From positions 1-52,529 of IMG/VR virus record IMGVR_UViG_3300035074_000056: a stretch of 52,529 nucleotides of DNA. The stretch is one strand, 5' to 3'. Under the pieces are notes generated by a model. That model was given only the letters and a program-made list of their open reading frames with translations. It ran no database searches and was not told where the DNA came from. The translations under genes were made by a program, and so were the position numbers. Below, piece by piece: positions 42,217-51,134 of this stretch (its first letter is position 1; each line of letters begins with the position of its first letter). The stretch comes from a virus (Duplodnaviria > Caudoviricetes).

Positions 42217-43127
42217 TCAACGACAACAGCCCTGCTTTTTTCATCGCAGACATTGCCAGCAATCACGACAGCGACAAGCAGCGGGCGATCGATCTCATTC
42301 ATTTGGCAGCCGAGGCCGGGGCAGACGCCGTTAAATTTCAACACTTTCTGGCAGATGAAATTGTTTCAGACGAAGGCTTTCAGAAAGTGGGCAAGCAGTC
42401 GCATCAATCCGATTGGCCGCTCTCGGTTTACGAGACTTATAAAAAGTATGAGCTAAACCGGGAATGGACGGCCACGCTTGCCGAGGAAGCTAAAAAGGCC
42501 GGGGTGGCTTTTATGTCCACGCCTTACGATTTGGAAGCGGTGGGGCATTTGGATCCGTTTGTTCCGGCTTGGAAAGTGGGCAGCGGGGATTTTGATTATT
42601 TTCCATTGTTGCATGCCCTGCTCGAAACTGGCAAACCTATTATCTTTGCCACTGGCGCAACGGCCCAATGGGAAATTGAGGCAAGAATGCAAGGAATCCG
42701 TATTCAAGAAGCTCGCCAGCCCATTGCCCTCATGCAATGCAACACCAGCTACACCGGCAGCCTTGAGAACTTCAAATACATCAACCTGCGAGTGATCAAC
42801 TGGATGCGGGCCACTTTCCCCGGCATGACCATCGGGCTGTCCGACCACACCCCCGGCCATGCTACAGTGCTGGGCGCGGTGACGCTGGGCGCAAGGCTGA
42901 TTGAAAAGCATTTCACCGATGACAACAGCCGCATCGGCCCGGATCATGCGTTTTCCATGAATCCCACAACTTGGCGTGACATGATAGACCGCACCCGCGA
43001 ACTGCAAGCCGCGCTAGGGGGTGGCGTCAAACGGGTGGAAGAGAACGAGAAAGAGACTCGCATCCTGCAACGGCGTGGGAAATGGGTTGTCAACGGTCAA
43101 GAGAAATGGCTGAGGCCAGCACTATGA
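42183..43127 (+). CDS. Nonulosonic acid synthase (NeuB/PseI family)
   Basis: IADIASNH, AGADAVKFQ, FMSTPYD, KVGSGD, GLSDHT, IEKHFT, GPDH.FSM. Confidence 0.92.
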   Translation: MYQPITINGRVINDNSPAFFIADIASNHDSDKQRAIDLIHLAAEAGADAVKFQHFLADEIVSDEGFQKVGKQSHQSDWPLSVYETYKKYELNREWTATLAEEAKKAGVAFMSTPYDLEAVGHLDPFVPAWKVGSGDFDYFPLLHALLETGKPIIFATGATAQWEIEARMQGIRIQEARQPIALMQCNTSYTGSLENFKYINLRVINWMRATFPGMTIGLSDHTPGHATVLGAVTLGARLIEKHFTDDNSRIGPDHAFSMNPTTWRDMIDRTRELQAALGGGVKRVEENEKETRILQRRGKWVVNGQEKWLRPAL

Positions 43128-43642
43128 TCAAAGGCGAAAAGATCGGCCTGCGGGCGGTTGAGTTCAGAGACCTGAACCAACTTCAAGAATGGCGCAACAA
43201 GCCGGAGTTTCGGCAGTTCTTTCGCGAAAACCGGGAATTGAACTTTGAACAGCAAAAAAACTGGTTTCATGAAAAATGCCTCAAAGACCCAAAAACACGC
43301 ATGTTTTCAATTGTTTCACTAGGGGAAGAACACCTGATCGGCGCATGCGGGCTCTGTTATATCGACTGGGTTAATGGCAGCGCCGATCTTTCTATTTATA
43401 TCGGCCATAACGGCCTGTATATCGATGACGTTTACGCCCCTGATGCCGTGGAAACCCTCGTACAATACGCTTTTGAAGAAATGCGTCTTCATCGCCTCTG
43501 GACGGAAGTCTACAGCTTTGATGAAAAGAAACAGGCGCTTTTCCGCTCTCTGGGCTTTCAAGTAGACGGGATTCACCGGGAGACCTACTGGAAAGACGGA
43601 AAGTGGAATGATTCTGTCTTTTTCTCGTTACTGAACAACTGA
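43124..43642 (+). CDS. GNAT N-acetyltransferase (PseH-like)
   Basis: LRAVE..DL..L.EWRN, IGACGL..IDW.N..A, YAF.EM.LHRLW.EV, LGF..DG..R. Confidence 0.88.
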   Translation: MIKGEKIGLRAVEFRDLNQLQEWRNKPEFRQFFRENRELNFEQQKNWFHEKCLKDPKTRMFSIVSLGEEHLIGACGLCYIDWVNGSADLSIYIGHNGLYIDDVYAPDAVETLVQYAFEEMRLHRLWTEVYSFDEKKQALFRSLGFQVDGIHRETYWKDGKWNDSVFFSLLNN

Positions 43643-43655
43643 GAAGGCTGGGAGA

Positions 43656-43952
43656 ATGTCTGATGACCTCGACCTCAAGACAGCGGCAAAGATTGGGGTT
43701 CCGATAATGCTGGCTTGCTTTGGCTACATTGGGTTTTCATTGTCGAAAGACGATCCAGATCTAACCACCAAGCGGTTTGTGGGCGGCGTCATTACAGCGG
43801 GCTTTGTGGCCTGGGGGGTCAACACCCTGCTTTTATCTTTAGGCACCGGCCCGGATTTTGCCAGCGTGTGCGGGGCCGTGATTGGTAGCCAAGGCCCTGC
43901 TGGGGCTTATCTGTTGGTCAATAAAGTGAAGAGGCTTTTTGAGGTCAAATGA
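43656..43952 (+). CDS. Putative holin
   Basis: 98 aa, 2-3 hydrophobic segments, basic C-terminus, directly before a candidate lysin. Confidence 0.65.
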   Translation: MSDDLDLKTAAKIGVPIMLACFGYIGFSLSKDDPDLTTKRFVGGVITAGFVAWGVNTLLLSLGTGPDFASVCGAVIGSQGPAGAYLLVNKVKRLFEVK

Positions 43953-44413
43953 TCTACCGCGCATTTTTCGATCGCCAACCCGGCACCATAGAGGGATTCT
44001 TTACCATCCAGGACGAACACGGCAAGCCTGTCTTCAAGCGCCTACAGGCCCGGAGTGGGCAAAATGGGCACACTAACACGGACTGGGTGCGTGGCAAAAG
44101 CCCAATCCCTTACGGCAATCATTATCTTTGGATAGGCTATCCGGTGGGCGTCGGCACCCGAGCGGGGAAGACAGGCATCGGTGAATTTTATCCAATCAGC
44201 AACATGGCCGGGGACCGCGATTTAATCCAAGGCCCCGCCCCGCAGATTCTCCGGCGCTCCATTGGGTTGCATGCTGAGAACGCATACAGAGGATCAGCAG
44301 GTTGTATTGTCCTGGTAGATGTAGAACAAGCTTATGCAGAAGTGTTTCCTTGGCTCAGAAAGATCGCAGGAGGGCAGCGGTATATGGATATCGTTGTATG
44401 TGGGAAGGTATGA
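43949..44413 (+). CDS. Candidate endolysin with L,D-transpeptidase-like (YkuD/Tlde1-type) motif
   Basis: IGLH-x6-GSAGCIV motif and PIP.G..Y; follows the holin. Confidence 0.55.
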   Translation: MIYRAFFDRQPGTIEGFFTIQDEHGKPVFKRLQARSGQNGHTNTDWVRGKSPIPYGNHYLWIGYPVGVGTRAGKTGIGEFYPISNMAGDRDLIQGPAPQILRRSIGLHAENAYRGSAGCIVLVDVEQAYAEVFPWLRKIAGGQRYMDIVVCGKV

Positions 44414-44871
44414 CCGTTTATTCCACTCCTGAAGATTTTCAACAGCCCATCGTTCAATTCCACAACGCGTCCCGCCTATACAGACTGATTGAGGATTACA
44501 CCCAAGAATGGGGGGCTGTAGACTTCAGGAAGCGGTTTTTTATGGCGGGCGGGTATGAATACGACGGGGCCAGCGTCCCTTGGTTTGTTCCCCCTGCTAT
44601 CGCGCCACAAGAAAAAGTCTGGCTCGCTGGCTCGTTATGGCACGACCGAGGGACACAAGAAAAAGGGGAATGGCCGCACCCTGATCTATTCCGGTTTGAA
44701 ACCAAAATTAACGGCATCTGGCGTCCTGATCTTGGTCCTGGCTGGCACCGGCAGGACTGGGATAATTTCCTTGGTCAATGCGGGCGCATGGCGGGTGCAC
44801 CAGAATGGCAATGTAGAATGTATGTTGCTGCCGTGAAGGTTTACCCGGTCAATTGGTTTAAAAACTTTTAA
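44410..44871 (+). CDS. DUF1353-family protein
   Basis: G.EYDGASVP...W..HD motif; common in lysis modules. Confidence 0.7.
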   Translation: MTVYSTPEDFQQPIVQFHNASRLYRLIEDYTQEWGAVDFRKRFFMAGGYEYDGASVPWFVPPAIAPQEKVWLAGSLWHDRGTQEKGEWPHPDLFRFETKINGIWRPDLGPGWHRQDWDNFLGQCGRMAGAPEWQCRMYVAAVKVYPVNWFKNF

Positions 44872-44898
44872 CCCTCATCTCTTTAACAATATTCACTT

Positions 44899-44932
44899 TT
44901 AACCCCCGGTCTATTTGGCCGGGGGTTTTTTT
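44899..44932. terminator. Intrinsic terminator ending the late operon
   Basis: AACCCCCGGTC-TATTT-GGCCGGGGGTTTTTTT at the convergence of late and early transcription. Confidence 0.85.
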
Positions 44933-45022
44933 ATTGCCTTGGACGCAAGATAGACCACCAAACCAGAAGCCACCATACAGCCCAGAAGCCTATGGAAACA
45001 TAATCCTCAAATTCTTTAACGT

Positions 45023-45349
45023 TCATTCCTTCTCCTTCCAATTAAGAAAAGCTTTTACTATTGCTTCTGAGGGGGTGGCACCCAGGCCATTTCCCCATTT
45101 TGAAATATAACAATGGAAGGCTTGCTCTGGAATATAATCAGGCTGGCTCTTTAGTTGCCAGCGTAACCCTTCTAATAGCTCTATGGCTTGGTTGAGGTTT
45201 GTTGCTGGGGTGAAACGGCGACCTGCTACTTCGCAAATAGGGTCATCAGGTTCACACTTTACCCAGCAATCCCCGAGTAAATCATTTGCGTCTTGATATA
45301 TCTCTAATCCCAAAGCCTTAGCTACTCTCTCATTTATTGATTGGGTCAT
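45023..45349 (-). CDS. NinX-like phage protein
   Basis: VAKALG, F.PATN..QA..L.E and G.TP..AI..A.L pattern. Confidence 0.55.
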   Translation of the reverse strand: MTQSINERVAKALGLEIYQDANDLLGDCWVKCEPDDPICEVAGRRFTPATNLNQAIELLEGLRWQLKSQPDYIPEQAFHCYISKWGNGLGATPSEAIVKAFLNWKEKE

Positions 45350-45603
45350 GGGGTTTCTCCTGTCTGCAATGCGGCAATCTCCATACAAAAATCGGTAGTA
45401 TCCTCAAGGCTTTTACGGTCCCTCAGCTTTACAAGGGCTCGGCACATTAGCTCAAACCATCCATTAGAGCGGTTATATCCTTCAAGCATTACCTCGTGAC
45501 TTTCCCAGCCGCCCTTTTGGTCGGGGAGAGTTAAACAGCAACAGTAATTCCCCCGTTCAAAAGTGCCGGTACCAAGGTTTCTAACTTCCAGGCTGATCAT
45601 CAC
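45346..45603 (-). CDS. Hypothetical protein
   Basis: Overlapping ORF in the early operon. Confidence 0.5.
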   Translation of the reverse strand: MMISLEVRNLGTGTFERGNYCCCLTLPDQKGGWESHEVMLEGYNRSNGWFELMCRALVKLRDRKSLEDTTDFCMEIAALQTGETP

Positions 45604-45890
45604 CCTACCTCCTTCATCTCTTGCAGGACGGCGCGGGCTCTACAACTGGAGCAAGGCCCGTATTTAGTGCAGACCTCAGGCGGCAACTGACATTTGATTT
45701 GGGCGGTAAACTCCAACGCCTCCACCATCCGATCCCGCTCGGCTTGGAGGGCTTTGATCTCTGTGAGGAGGGCGCGAGTCTCTGCATTTGCAGCTTTCAC
45801 ATCACAAGTGGCAAATCGAAAGCCTAAATGAGTATCCTTCTCCACTCTTTCCTCAATAGCTTCTATGTCTGCTTGGGTTAGTCTGGGCAT
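45600..45890 (-). CDS. Hypothetical protein
   Basis: Overlapping ORF in the early operon. Confidence 0.55.
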   Translation of the reverse strand: MPRLTQADIEAIEERVEKDTHLGFRFATCDVKAANAETRALLTEIKALQAERDRMVEALEFTAQIKCQLPPEVCTKYGPCSSCRARAVLQEMKEVG

Positions 45891-46180
45891 TTTGTACCTT
45901 CTTTCTGGAATCGGCGTTTGTACGCTCCAACAACACGGTCATAATAAGCAGAACGGTATCCGTGCTGCTTTTCCCACTCCTGCTCTTGCAGAACAGCTTC
46001 CCACAATTCCGGCTCGTTCCACTTTTCCCAGAATGGGCGAGGATCATACGGTGGTGCGGTTTTTTGCAATTCCACCCTTGCTTCACGTATTCGCTGATTG
46101 CGATCGGCGGAGTAGTGTTTTGGGCAAAGCCCTTTGATTTTCGCGTCATCTAGACACTCATCCCGGCGGCAGAAAGTCAT
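45878..46180 (-). CDS. Hypothetical protein with N-terminal C-C-C-H zinc-binding-like motif
   Basis: C....C......GLCPKHY. Confidence 0.55.
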   Translation of the reverse strand: MTFCRRDECLDDAKIKGLCPKHYSADRNQRIREARVELQKTAPPYDPRPFWEKWNEPELWEAVLQEQEWEKQHGYRSAYYDRVVGAYKRRFQKEGTKCPD

Positions 46181-46632
46181 ACCCCCTCCCCCTCGTTATG
46201 GGTGGGCGCTTGCTTTAACATCCGGTCATACAGCACCACATTGGCCGTTGCCGCCAAGTTCATGCAATGCGTGGTTGGGACATAAACCCGGTGCTTACAA
46301 TTGCCCAGCACCTCTTCAGGCAGGCTGCCATCTTCCGGCCCAAAAATGTAAAGCGCCCTCTCTGGATGTTTGAACTCTGGCAAAGGGGTAGCGCCTTCAG
46401 TGATTTCAACCGCCACCTTGACGCAATCAACCGGCGGGTTTTTGAAGTTGTCAACTTCCATCAGGGGGATCTGTCGCGCTGCTTTCGCGGTATCGGTCGG
46501 GGTTTTTCGGTATCTCGCACCGCTTACCAGGATCAGGCTTGCATCATAGCAATGCGCCGCCCGGAGAATCCCGCCGATATTCTTTTCATCTTTCGGCATG
46601 TAAAGCCCGATCGCCGCGTATCCTCTACTCAT
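46177..46632 (-). CDS. SpoU/TrmH-family (SPOUT) RNA methyltransferase
   Basis: PK...NIGGILRAA, VAVE, YIFGPEDGSL, CMNLAATANVVLYDR. Confidence 0.88.
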   Translation of the reverse strand: MSRGYAAIGLYMPKDEKNIGGILRAAHCYDASLILVSGARYRKTPTDTAKAARQIPLMEVDNFKNPPVDCVKVAVEITEGATPLPEFKHPERALYIFGPEDGSLPEEVLGNCKHRVYVPTTHCMNLAATANVVLYDRMLKQAPTHNEGEGV

Positions 46633-46795
46633 GGCTGTTCTCCTCTGGCTTCTTATTGCACCACGCCCAAATAGATTCAAACTCTTCCCCGGTAATCATT
46701 AGCGGGTGGATCTTAGGCGCATCAAGCTCTATTTTTGAGCCTGCCGGACTCACAAAGTACAAGCGCCCGTACATTTTGATTTTGTCATCACTCAT
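46625..46795 (-). CDS. Small hypothetical protein flanked by 18-bp direct repeats
   Basis: AGGAGAACAGCCATGAGT occurs at both 46790-46807 and 46627-46644 on the minus strand. Confidence 0.55.
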   Translation of the reverse strand: MSDDKIKMYGRLYFVSPAGSKIELDAPKIHPLMITGEEFESIWAWCNKKPEENSHE

Positions 46796-47453
46796 GGCTG
46801 TTCTCCTTATTGGTGAGGGATTCTGAAACAAGTTTTCTGGCATGAATAAAGCCGTTCACGAAGTCATCCCGGTAGCCGGTTGGGATTTGGCTATCAAGCA
46901 CAGACAGCGCCCTCTCTACAGCCTCCCTCGCCCCCTCAGCCCTCAGCGCGGCGTCGTGAGCGCGGGCGGGAGACCGGAGGTCGTATATTGCTTGTTTCGC
47001 ATCCCAATAACCAAGCCAATGCTCAGGGATTGGATGTTTTGCATTGTCGTCAAACATATGCAGCAACACACTAAGCCGCCGTTGGGCCATACTTACCTGC
47101 CCCTTAAGCGCTTTGTTTTCTACTTCCAGCCGGCTCACCCATGCGATATAAGCATCTCGATCCTTGGAGATATGCCGCCCGTGTTCGTGGGGGTTGTCGA
47201 TGTCAAACCCGGCAGTCTTGCAGGCATCTAGCCTTGCCTTAAGCGCTTTAATTTCTGCCTCTGCTTCCTGGGTGGCGGCTTGGACGCCGATATTGAAAGC
47301 CTCGCAGTATTCCTCGCTCTGTCGCCCAGGGCAACCGGTCACGCAATCATAGCCTTGATCAAAGCCCATATAGTTTAGGCTTCGATTCCGGCATATGGGG
47401 CAGATTAGCTTTTCTTGGAGTTTCTCCTCTGTCACAGATATATGCTCTTTCAT
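46788..47453 (-). CDS. Hypothetical protein
   Basis: 221-aa ORF with CPIC motif and coiled coil; AAGGA RBS. Confidence 0.65.
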   Translation of the reverse strand: MKEHISVTEEKLQEKLICPICRNRSLNYMGFDQGYDCVTGCPGRQSEEYCEAFNIGVQAATQEAEAEIKALKARLDACKTAGFDIDNPHEHGRHISKDRDAYIAWVSRLEVENKALKGQVSMAQRRLSVLLHMFDDNAKHPIPEHWLGYWDAKQAIYDLRSPARAHDAALRAEGAREAVERALSVLDSQIPTGYRDDFVNGFIHARKLVSESLTNKENSHE

Positions 47454-47474
47454 GGTTGTTTGGGTTCCTTTCTT

Positions 47475-47666
47475 TTATCCACGGGGTACGCAGTGATAAC
47501 TGTAATCGCCGCCGCCCGCTTCAAGCTTCACGGCAGACTGAGCGGCGGCCCATGTGTCATATACACCAAGGGGCTGCGCGATGGTGACGGGCTGGAATTT
47601 CACAGTCTCAATTTCCACGCGAAACTTCCCGTCATGCTGCTCAACAATATTGAAAGTCTGCATCAC
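47475..47666 (-). CDS. Hypothetical protein
   Basis: Short ORF in the early operon. Confidence 0.5.
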   Translation of the reverse strand: MMQTFNIVEQHDGKFRVEIETVKFQPVTIAQPLGVYDTWAAAQSAVKLEAGGGDYSYHCVPRG

Positions 47667-48167
47667 CTACACCCCCAAGCCTTGCTTCATAACTTCGACG
47701 GCTTCCACGAGTTGCAACATTTCAGAACGCGGGTACTCGCCCTGATGCGCTCGCCAACCTATCTGCACAGCTTCCGCCCGCCTCAACACATCCAGAATAG
47801 GCGAGGTGTTGGAATTGGAGAGGGCTTGGAACAGGGCAACTCCAGCATCCTGAAATTCCGACATATCAGGAAACCAGCCTTCAACTTTTCCGCCTTCCGT
47901 GGCATTCAAGAATCGTCTTGCAGCCACTTCCAACTCCACCACACGCGCATGGAGTTCGGCGTTTTGCTGGTGGAGTTGCCTGATCAGGCTGTCAGCGTCT
48001 TTATACCGCGTGTAATACAATTCAAATTGTGCCGGTTTCGGGATAATTTGACCGGGATTTGACTGCCCCGGATTTTCCGGCAGCAACTTCCCGCTACCAT
48101 CCGCATCCAGTAAGCTCGGATCGGGTTTGACTGGGATTTGATTCTCTGGGCTTAGTTTACTTTGCAT
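47667..48167 (-). CDS. Hypothetical protein
   Basis: AGGAG RBS before ATG at 48167. Confidence 0.55.
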   Translation of the reverse strand: MQSKLSPENQIPVKPDPSLLDADGSGKLLPENPGQSNPGQIIPKPAQFELYYTRYKDADSLIRQLHQQNAELHARVVELEVAARRFLNATEGGKVEGWFPDMSEFQDAGVALFQALSNSNTSPILDVLRRAEAVQIGWRAHQGEYPRSEMLQLVEAVEVMKQGLGV

Positions 48168-48354
48168 TGGGGGTCTCCTCTTTTTCATGACGTTCAAGGC
48201 ATTTGATATAGGCGTCTGTTGCTTTTTCACAAATAGGCATCCCCTCCGAATGCTCACATCGGCTAAAGGCCAAATTGGAATAATCTACACAGGGCTCCGC
48301 ACACCCTGCCAGCATAACCAGTAGTAATAGGGGGAGGAGTTTAGGCATGGTCAT
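48157..48354 (-). CDS. Small putative lipoprotein
   Basis: Signal peptide with lipobox LLVMLAG-C and four further Cys. Confidence 0.6.
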   Translation of the reverse strand: MTMPKLLPLLLLVMLAGCAEPCVDYSNLAFSRCEHSEGMPICEKATDAYIKCLERHEKEETPNAK

Positions 48355-48758
48355 TGATCGGCTCCCGTCAGTTCTACAAAATCCTGTAGGGTATAGTTAT
48401 TCCGTCTTAGAGCGTCCTGAAGCTCGTCCCAAGCGTTTTCAACCTCATCCGGAATAGGGTAAACCAACAGCCAAGGAGTATCGTGCGGGCAATCAATGAC
48501 TAGCATTGGGTCGTTTTCAGGATCATCAGGAACAAGATCCATGTGATAAGGGAATCCGCCACCTATATGCCCAGTAACTCTTATTTGCCAAGGGCTTTCG
48601 TTATCAGGCGGGTTGTCTTCCCAACGGACAGTGACAATAAGGTTTTGTTTTTTAGTCCCTACCCGGATCTTATACTCCCCTGATCCATAGCCGATCTCAT
48701 CCCGGTTTTTGCAATCGTCGATTTCAATCAGGTCATCACTAGCGCCATATATTTTCAT
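48351..48758 (-). CDS. Hypothetical phage protein
   Basis: IYGASDDLIEI motif recurrent in phage hypothetical proteins; GGAGGAG RBS. Confidence 0.65.
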   Translation of the reverse strand: MKIYGASDDLIEIDDCKNRDEIGYGSGEYKIRVGTKKQNLIVTVRWEDNPPDNESPWQIRVTGHIGGGFPYHMDLVPDDPENDPMLVIDCPHDTPWLLVYPIPDEVENAWDELQDALRRNNYTLQDFVELTGADQ

Positions 48759-49009
48759 CTCTTCTCCTCCCGCTCTCTGCGGATCTTCTTCTGGCATGCT
48801 TCACAAAGTGCTTGTTTCTCTTCTTTTTGGTAAAACTTCCCGGTGCAATCTGGGTGCCTGTCTGCTTCCTCCATCTTGCAATCCTTAATCTTGGCTTCCA
48901 TTGCTTTATCTAGCCTTGATCTGTTTGCTTTAGAATGGGGTGTTTCGCACAGGTAGGCGTTTTCTTTGATAGGTTTTTTGAAGGTCATGTAAAATCCCTC
49001 ATAAAGCAC
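48755..49009 (-). CDS. Hypothetical protein
   Basis: Overlapping ORF; the start may be 48988. Confidence 0.5.
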   Translation of the reverse strand: MLYEGFYMTFKKPIKENAYLCETPHSKANRSRLDKAMEAKIKDCKMEEADRHPDCTGKFYQKEEKQALCEACQKKIRREREEKR

Positions 49010-49335
49010 TTCCCCGCTTTTACTGGCTGTACCAACCTCGCTCTAAGCTCCGGCTTATCACTCAAAACGTAGCTGGGTAACTTGATGGCTGTTGAGAGCA
49101 AAAGTTTTACCCATCCAAACCGATACTTAGACCGGTCCTGAATGTCTAAATACGCTTTAGACTGACGGAAAAGCCCAACACCTTTACTCGCAACCCGGCC
49201 CTGCTCTAGCTTTTTCTGGGACAATTCCCAGTTGGCTAGATAATCTTCAGCGGACTGCCGACTCATGCCGGTGTTCAACAGCAATTGCAGACGCTTTGCA
49301 GGTTCGGTTTTCTTCAGAGTGTGATGAAGGCTCAT
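48985..49335 (-). CDS. Hypothetical protein downstream of the replication initiator
   Basis: ATGA overlap with the upstream gene. Confidence 0.6.
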   Translation of the reverse strand: MSLHHTLKKTEPAKRLQLLLNTGMSRQSAEDYLANWELSQKKLEQGRVASKGVGLFRQSKAYLDIQDRSKYRFGWVKLLLSTAIKLPSYVLSDKPELRARLVQPVKAGKCFMRDFT

Positions 49336-50273
49336 GGCTCCACAATCTCCATTTGGTCAAATCGTGCGGTTCGGCCTTTGACTAGGAAATAACCGCCGGT
49401 CTCACTCCATTTGAGTTCATTTCCAGCCACTTCGAAAACGTCACCATCTTCAAATCGCACCCGGACTAACTTGGCTTTCAAGTGGGGTTCCCATTTTTTG
49501 GGCTTCTGGGCTTGAGGCACCCCCCCACGGCTCGACCTGACCGCGCTGGGGCTCCAATCGGCAATGCTGTTTTCAAATGTCGTCATGTACCACTTGGCAG
49601 CAGACGCCGCCTTTGCACTGGCCTTGTCGCAAGACTCTTGCCAGACTTTGAGAATTGCCTCAGCCGGGATTTCCGGTCTGGACTTGCGAATCTCTTGGTA
49701 TTGACGGGTAAGATAGCCTTTTACCCAATGGAAATGGTGCATGTTGACGTTCCCGGATTGCATTGCGTAGGCTTCTCCGGTCTTTGAAAAATCGCTTGCG
49801 CATCTCTCTATATCTGTTTGTTTGTTTGTATTGTTCTTTGATACGGCCACGGGCGTTTCAAGGGGTTCTACAGGACTGTAGGATGTGGGTAGACTATCAG
49901 TAGACTGCGGGTAGACTGCGGGTAGACTATCGGTAGGAACGATGTGGAAGGTCAGTAGCCCGGCCTTAGAAAGTGCTTCAAGTCTCTTGACGGGTTTGAA
50001 AAAATTGGATTCCACCCCAAGAATTTCTTTCCAGTAGGATTTCAAACTAGGCAGACTGATAGAAACATCCCCATTGGCGTCAGCTTCACGCCAGAGGGCA
50101 ATAAAGCAGTCTGGGGCATCATCACAAAGCCTTCGGGCTTCCCTGACCTTTCGATCAAAGAAAAAGCCAGCATCCAAAGCGAACCACTCCCGCCGCCCCT
50201 CGGTGGGCCGCTGCCATTTCTTGAAATTGATGATGTGTATCTTCACTTCGCCGGTCACTTTCAATAACTCCAT
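49332..50273 (-). CDS. Putative replication initiator (lambda O-like organisation)
   Basis: N-terminal I.I.NF.KWQ...WF.L domain and an internal low-complexity linker encoded by 11-bp DNA repeats. Confidence 0.65.
   Translation of the reverse strand: MELLKVTGEVKIHIINFKKWQRPTEGRREWFALDAGFFFDRKVREARRLCDDAPDCFIALWREADANGDVSISLPSLKSYWKEILGVESNFFKPVKRLEALSKAGLLTFHIVPTDSLPAVYPQSTDSLPTSYSPVEPLETPVAVSKNNTNKQTDIERCASDFSKTGEAYAMQSGNVNMHHFHWVKGYLTRQYQEIRKSRPEIPAEAILKVWQESCDKASAKAASAAKWYMTTFENSIADWSPSAVRSSRGGVPQAQKPKKWEPHLKAKLVRVRFEDGDVFEVAGNELKWSETGGYFLVKGRTARFDQMEIVEP
49889..49938. repeat. Putative origin iterons
   Basis: GTAGACT at 49889, 49900, 49911 and 49922 (11-bp period) plus partial GTAGGA at 49933; A/T-rich tract nearby at about 49805-49842. 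Confidence 0.7.
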
Positions 50274-50300
50274 TTGCTCTCTATAGGGTCCAGGGCGGGG

Positions 50301-51134
50301 CTATAAAAGCCCCTGTTCCCTGTATTTCTTAACAGTAACCGCCCCAATCCCAGAGATTCCCACCAAAACAACATCATTGTCTTTAAATTGCGGGTGTTCC
50401 TGCATGGCTTTCTTGATCTGTTGAAGTTTTGCGCTTGTGCGCTCTTTTGCCGCCTCCTGCTGAACGCGGCGCAAGGTTTCAGCGCGAAACGCCTTCAGTT
50501 CTTCCGGGGTCATTTTAGGCTTCTGCTCTTTGATGGGCTCGGCTACCGCCGGGATTTCCAAAACCGCATCGTGCAACTTATGCAGCCCGCTTTTTACGTC
50601 TTCAACTTGGACCCCTAGCTTAATCAGGAACTCTTCAATACTCTGAAGCATAGAACCGTGGCGCTTCATAAGTTCCAGCACCTCATGAGCCTGCTGATTG
50701 CCTTCCAGTTTCTGCATGGTCGGTTGTGCTTTGGTCATATTCAGTTGATTCACTTTCGGTAGCTCCTTCTCTATCAATGTCCGTTCGTCATGGTAGTTCT
50801 TTGTATCTTCCCAACTTGGCTTTACCCTTATTTTTCCTTCGTTTAGCACCTCTTTTACTTCCTCCTCGTCGTAAAACCCTAGCTCTCTTAGTACATTGCG
50901 GACGTTTGTAAGCTCGTAGGCGAGCAATTCCTTACTGTGAACCCGGCCAATTGTTATCCTGTGGCCCTTGGGGTGTTTCCATGTCACATGAGAGCCGGAA
51001 CGATGGAAGCTGAAGCCTAAGACTTCCAGCATGCGATATACAGGCTTTGGGGAAACACCCTCACCGGCTATGATGGCTTCTATCGTCTTGCGAACCTGCC
51101 GGGTTAATACCGGCTCTTGCTTTAAAATAGACAT
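50301..51134 (-). CDS. HicA-like domain fused to a long coiled-coil/HTH-like extension
   Basis: LEVLGFSFHRSGSHVTWKHPKG..ITI...H..EL..Y matches the HicA G-S-H signature. Confidence 0.65.
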   Translation of the reverse strand: MSILKQEPVLTRQVRKTIEAIIAGEGVSPKPVYRMLEVLGFSFHRSGSHVTWKHPKGHRITIGRVHSKELLAYELTNVRNVLRELGFYDEEEVKEVLNEGKIRVKPSWEDTKNYHDERTLIEKELPKVNQLNMTKAQPTMQKLEGNQQAHEVLELMKRHGSMLQSIEEFLIKLGVQVEDVKSGLHKLHDAVLEIPAVAEPIKEQKPKMTPEELKAFRAETLRRVQQEAAKERTSAKLQQIKKAMQEHPQFKDNDVVLVGISGIGAVTVKKYREQGLL

